DNA of 63,741 nt, counting the filler, from Globobulimina sp. (taxonomy: Eukaryota), in assembly GCA_003354225.1 (NCBI GenBank). It is 36 parts of 36 records of this genome, joined end to end, with 100 filler letters (N's around TTAATTAATTAA, not from the genome) between each part and the next. Parts side by side here need not be neighbours in the genome. Positions count along the whole stretch, not along the records: positions 60,298 to 61,969 come from PIVH01013312.1; positions 62,070 to 63,741 come from PIVH01013313.1; 34 more parts are not named here. One strand, written 5' to 3'. A program made the position numbers and the translations under genes. This document shows positions 61,667 to 63,741 of this stretch, piece by piece. The notes beneath the pieces were generated by a model, which was given only the letters and a program-made list of their open reading frames with translations, was not told the DNA's origin and did not search any database. Each line of letters begins with the position of its first letter. Position 1 is the stretch's first letter.

Positions 61667-62403
61667 TTGACGAGTGATTGAAAGAATTGTCGGAAAAACA
61701 CAAATTGACTAAACATTGAATAATGAAAATTAATAAAATAAAATCACAAAAAACTATCACAAAAGTTACAAAAGTTTCAATCACTTCAATAATGGACTAT
61801 ATCTAGATTTCTCACATATCCCATTATGCAATCCACCTCTATGTGCTCTATAAGTTGTTGTGGCATGTTTTGATTTGTATAAAGTCAAATTATCGTTAAA
61901 CATTTTTTTAAAATGTTCACGGGCTATTTTCAGTGAAGTGATTTTTTTCGTTACTGCCAATTCTGATAANNNNNNNNNNNNNNNNNNNNNNNNNNNNNNN
62001 NNNNNNNNNNNNNTTAATTAATTAANNNNNNNNNNNNNNNNNNNNNNNNNNNNNNNNNNNNNNNNNNNNTATTGGATTATAATTGTTGTTGTAATAATAG
62101 TTTTTGTTATGGTAGCAATAAAATGGGTGTTTGTTAAACGAAAGTTTAGAACCAAAAAATTTAGGTCAACTGCTACATATGAACATTTCAACGAAGTTGA
62201 CATACCAAAATATGGTGTAGCCTGATTTATAAATATTTATTCTTGTCCATAATTATAATTATTATTCACGCGATGATACTCATCATAAAATTAGATAATA
62301 TTAAAAAAAATTAATGAAAAAACGTTTTAAATCAAATCTTTTTGGAAACACTTTTTGTATACTAAAACAATGCGAAACAAACCAAAATTTTCACACTCAT
62401 TAC

Positions 62404-63741
62404 TCATACAGATTTACAATAATTTTTCACAATTTCCCATTTGTTATCATCAATTGATATTTGATTTTCCATGTCATGCCACAACTGATGCAAAGTGAGA
62501 GTATCATAAAAATATTCATCTAACAACGTAATCCATCCAGAAACATCAGCAAATCCATAAAATATTGGATATTTTGATGCTGTTTCCTCTCTGCGAACAA
62601 ATACAAATATTTTCTGTCGATTCATTAATAAATTATGAGGGATATGATTTTCAATTAAATATTCGATACAATGATACAATGGCTGTAAAAATATATCTAC
62701 ATCAAATCCGATGTTCTCTCTAGAAATGCCATGTATTCTTGAATTATATTTCTTGTGTCTGTTCAAATTACGCTCATAAATAAACCCATGGATTGGATAT
62801 CCAATTAGCTCTCTTATAATTAAGTCATCATCGGAATAAATTAGACCAACTTTTCGTTTTTCCAATATCTCGCTGTTTACAAATTTAACGACTCATTTTA
62901 AAAAAACTTTAAGTAACTCAGCAAAGACATGGCAGCGTACCTCAATATTTCAATAGGTAATTTCCTCGCCCTTGATATGCTTTTTATTTCCCAAAATTGA
63001 AAGTGTAACTGGTTAACAGACGCCATGGCACCCATTGAATTGTAACCAATCCGAAAGTCATCCGAATCAAACATGTTTGCAAAACGTATACCTGTTTCAA
63101 GTGCTTCCTTTGTCAATAACTGCGCTGAATGACTACCAATAAATGGTATCAACAATCCGCTGTATTTGCCGATAGGAAATTTATTTAGAAGTACCAAGTG
63201 TTTTTGTTCCCAATTTATGCGACGTAATGACTGCGAATCATAGCAAGCAAATATATCATTTGATATATCGTCCACATCATCCAAATCCAAAAAGGTATCA
63301 TCAATCACAGCCATTAAATTATCTCCAGGCACTTGATAAAAATTAAATGAATTCTCATTCCATTCCTCTTTAACATTAATATTATTGCCGGCTTTTACGG
63401 AATTTTTCCTTTGTAATTTTTGGATGCGATGTTGATTGAATAATAATTCAAATTGAATGTCGTATGGATTGTATGCGTTTGCTGTAAATTTGCTGTTTCC
63501 GTCAGAAACGATTTTTGTTGGTAAATCATGCACATTGTAGGCAAATAGTCCTTTTCTGTGTAATTTGTCCCATATTTGTTTTAATAATGATTCAAATTCA
63601 TATCTTTTATCTTTTATGATTGCTAACTTTGTAACTCTTTGATGTCCCGAACTTGCCCATTCGTCGCCATCCAAATTAATAGTATCAATCTGGTTTTTTA
63701 GTGCTTTGATGGAGATGTAAACAGATGGAATGAATTGAGTG
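62404..63741 (-). CDS. GDP-D-glucose / GDP-L-galactose phosphorylase (GDPGP1/VTC2 family), 5' partial; intron 62873-62940
   Basis: FNF, LLNKFPI...LLIP, FRIGYNSMGAMASVNQLHFQ, IPHNL. Confidence 0.85.

Noticed and set aside
1720-62025. Regularly spaced TTAATTAATTAA palindrome suggesting a repeat array, PacI sites or a chromosome-breakage signal
   Set aside because: Always embedded in N44 flanks; it is an artificial six-frame stop linker

Overview
This window is not continuous DNA. It is a pseudo-scaffold of 36 unrelated contigs, 1675 to 1672 bp and sorted by decreasing length, joined by 35 artificial 100-bp spacers (N44-TTAATTAATTAA-N44). Adjacency across spacers has no biological meaning. Most contigs come from an AT-rich, gene-dense eukaryote with short GT-AG introns (38-102 nt, mostly 55-75) and poly-Asn tracts. 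The gene families seen suggest a foraminiferan or related rhizarian (inference), probably from amplified single-cell DNA, with a Bacteroidetes-like contaminant or chimera in contig 1. Recognisable genes: Tousled-like kinase, Cid1/TRF4-type nucleotidyltransferase, GldA-type glycerol dehydrogenase, an ADP-ribosyltransferase-like protein, Rab, NPRL2, RCC1-repeat protein, EBP2, SNRNP27, TLC/ceramide-synthase-like, clostripain-like, EGLN-like prolyl hydroxylase, CAMK, RBR E3 ligase, SYLF/Ysc84, a TRP channel and GDPGP1/VTC2-like. The most interesting items are: (1) a phage-type DNA-hypermodification gene (aGPT-pyrophosphorylase clade 1-like) whose stop lies 9 bp from an intron-containing eukaryotic gene, and which carries a single in-frame TAA; (2) two contigs that overlap at the protein level and suggest a non-LTR retrotransposon with RT (about 100-aa insertion), CCHC and a C-terminal His-type RNase H; (3) a transposon-dense contig with outward-facing TA-CAGGG termini and a CRE-like RLE remnant; (4) several bacterial-type or giant-virus-shared genes in eukaryotic context. 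All family calls come from motif recognition, not database searches.
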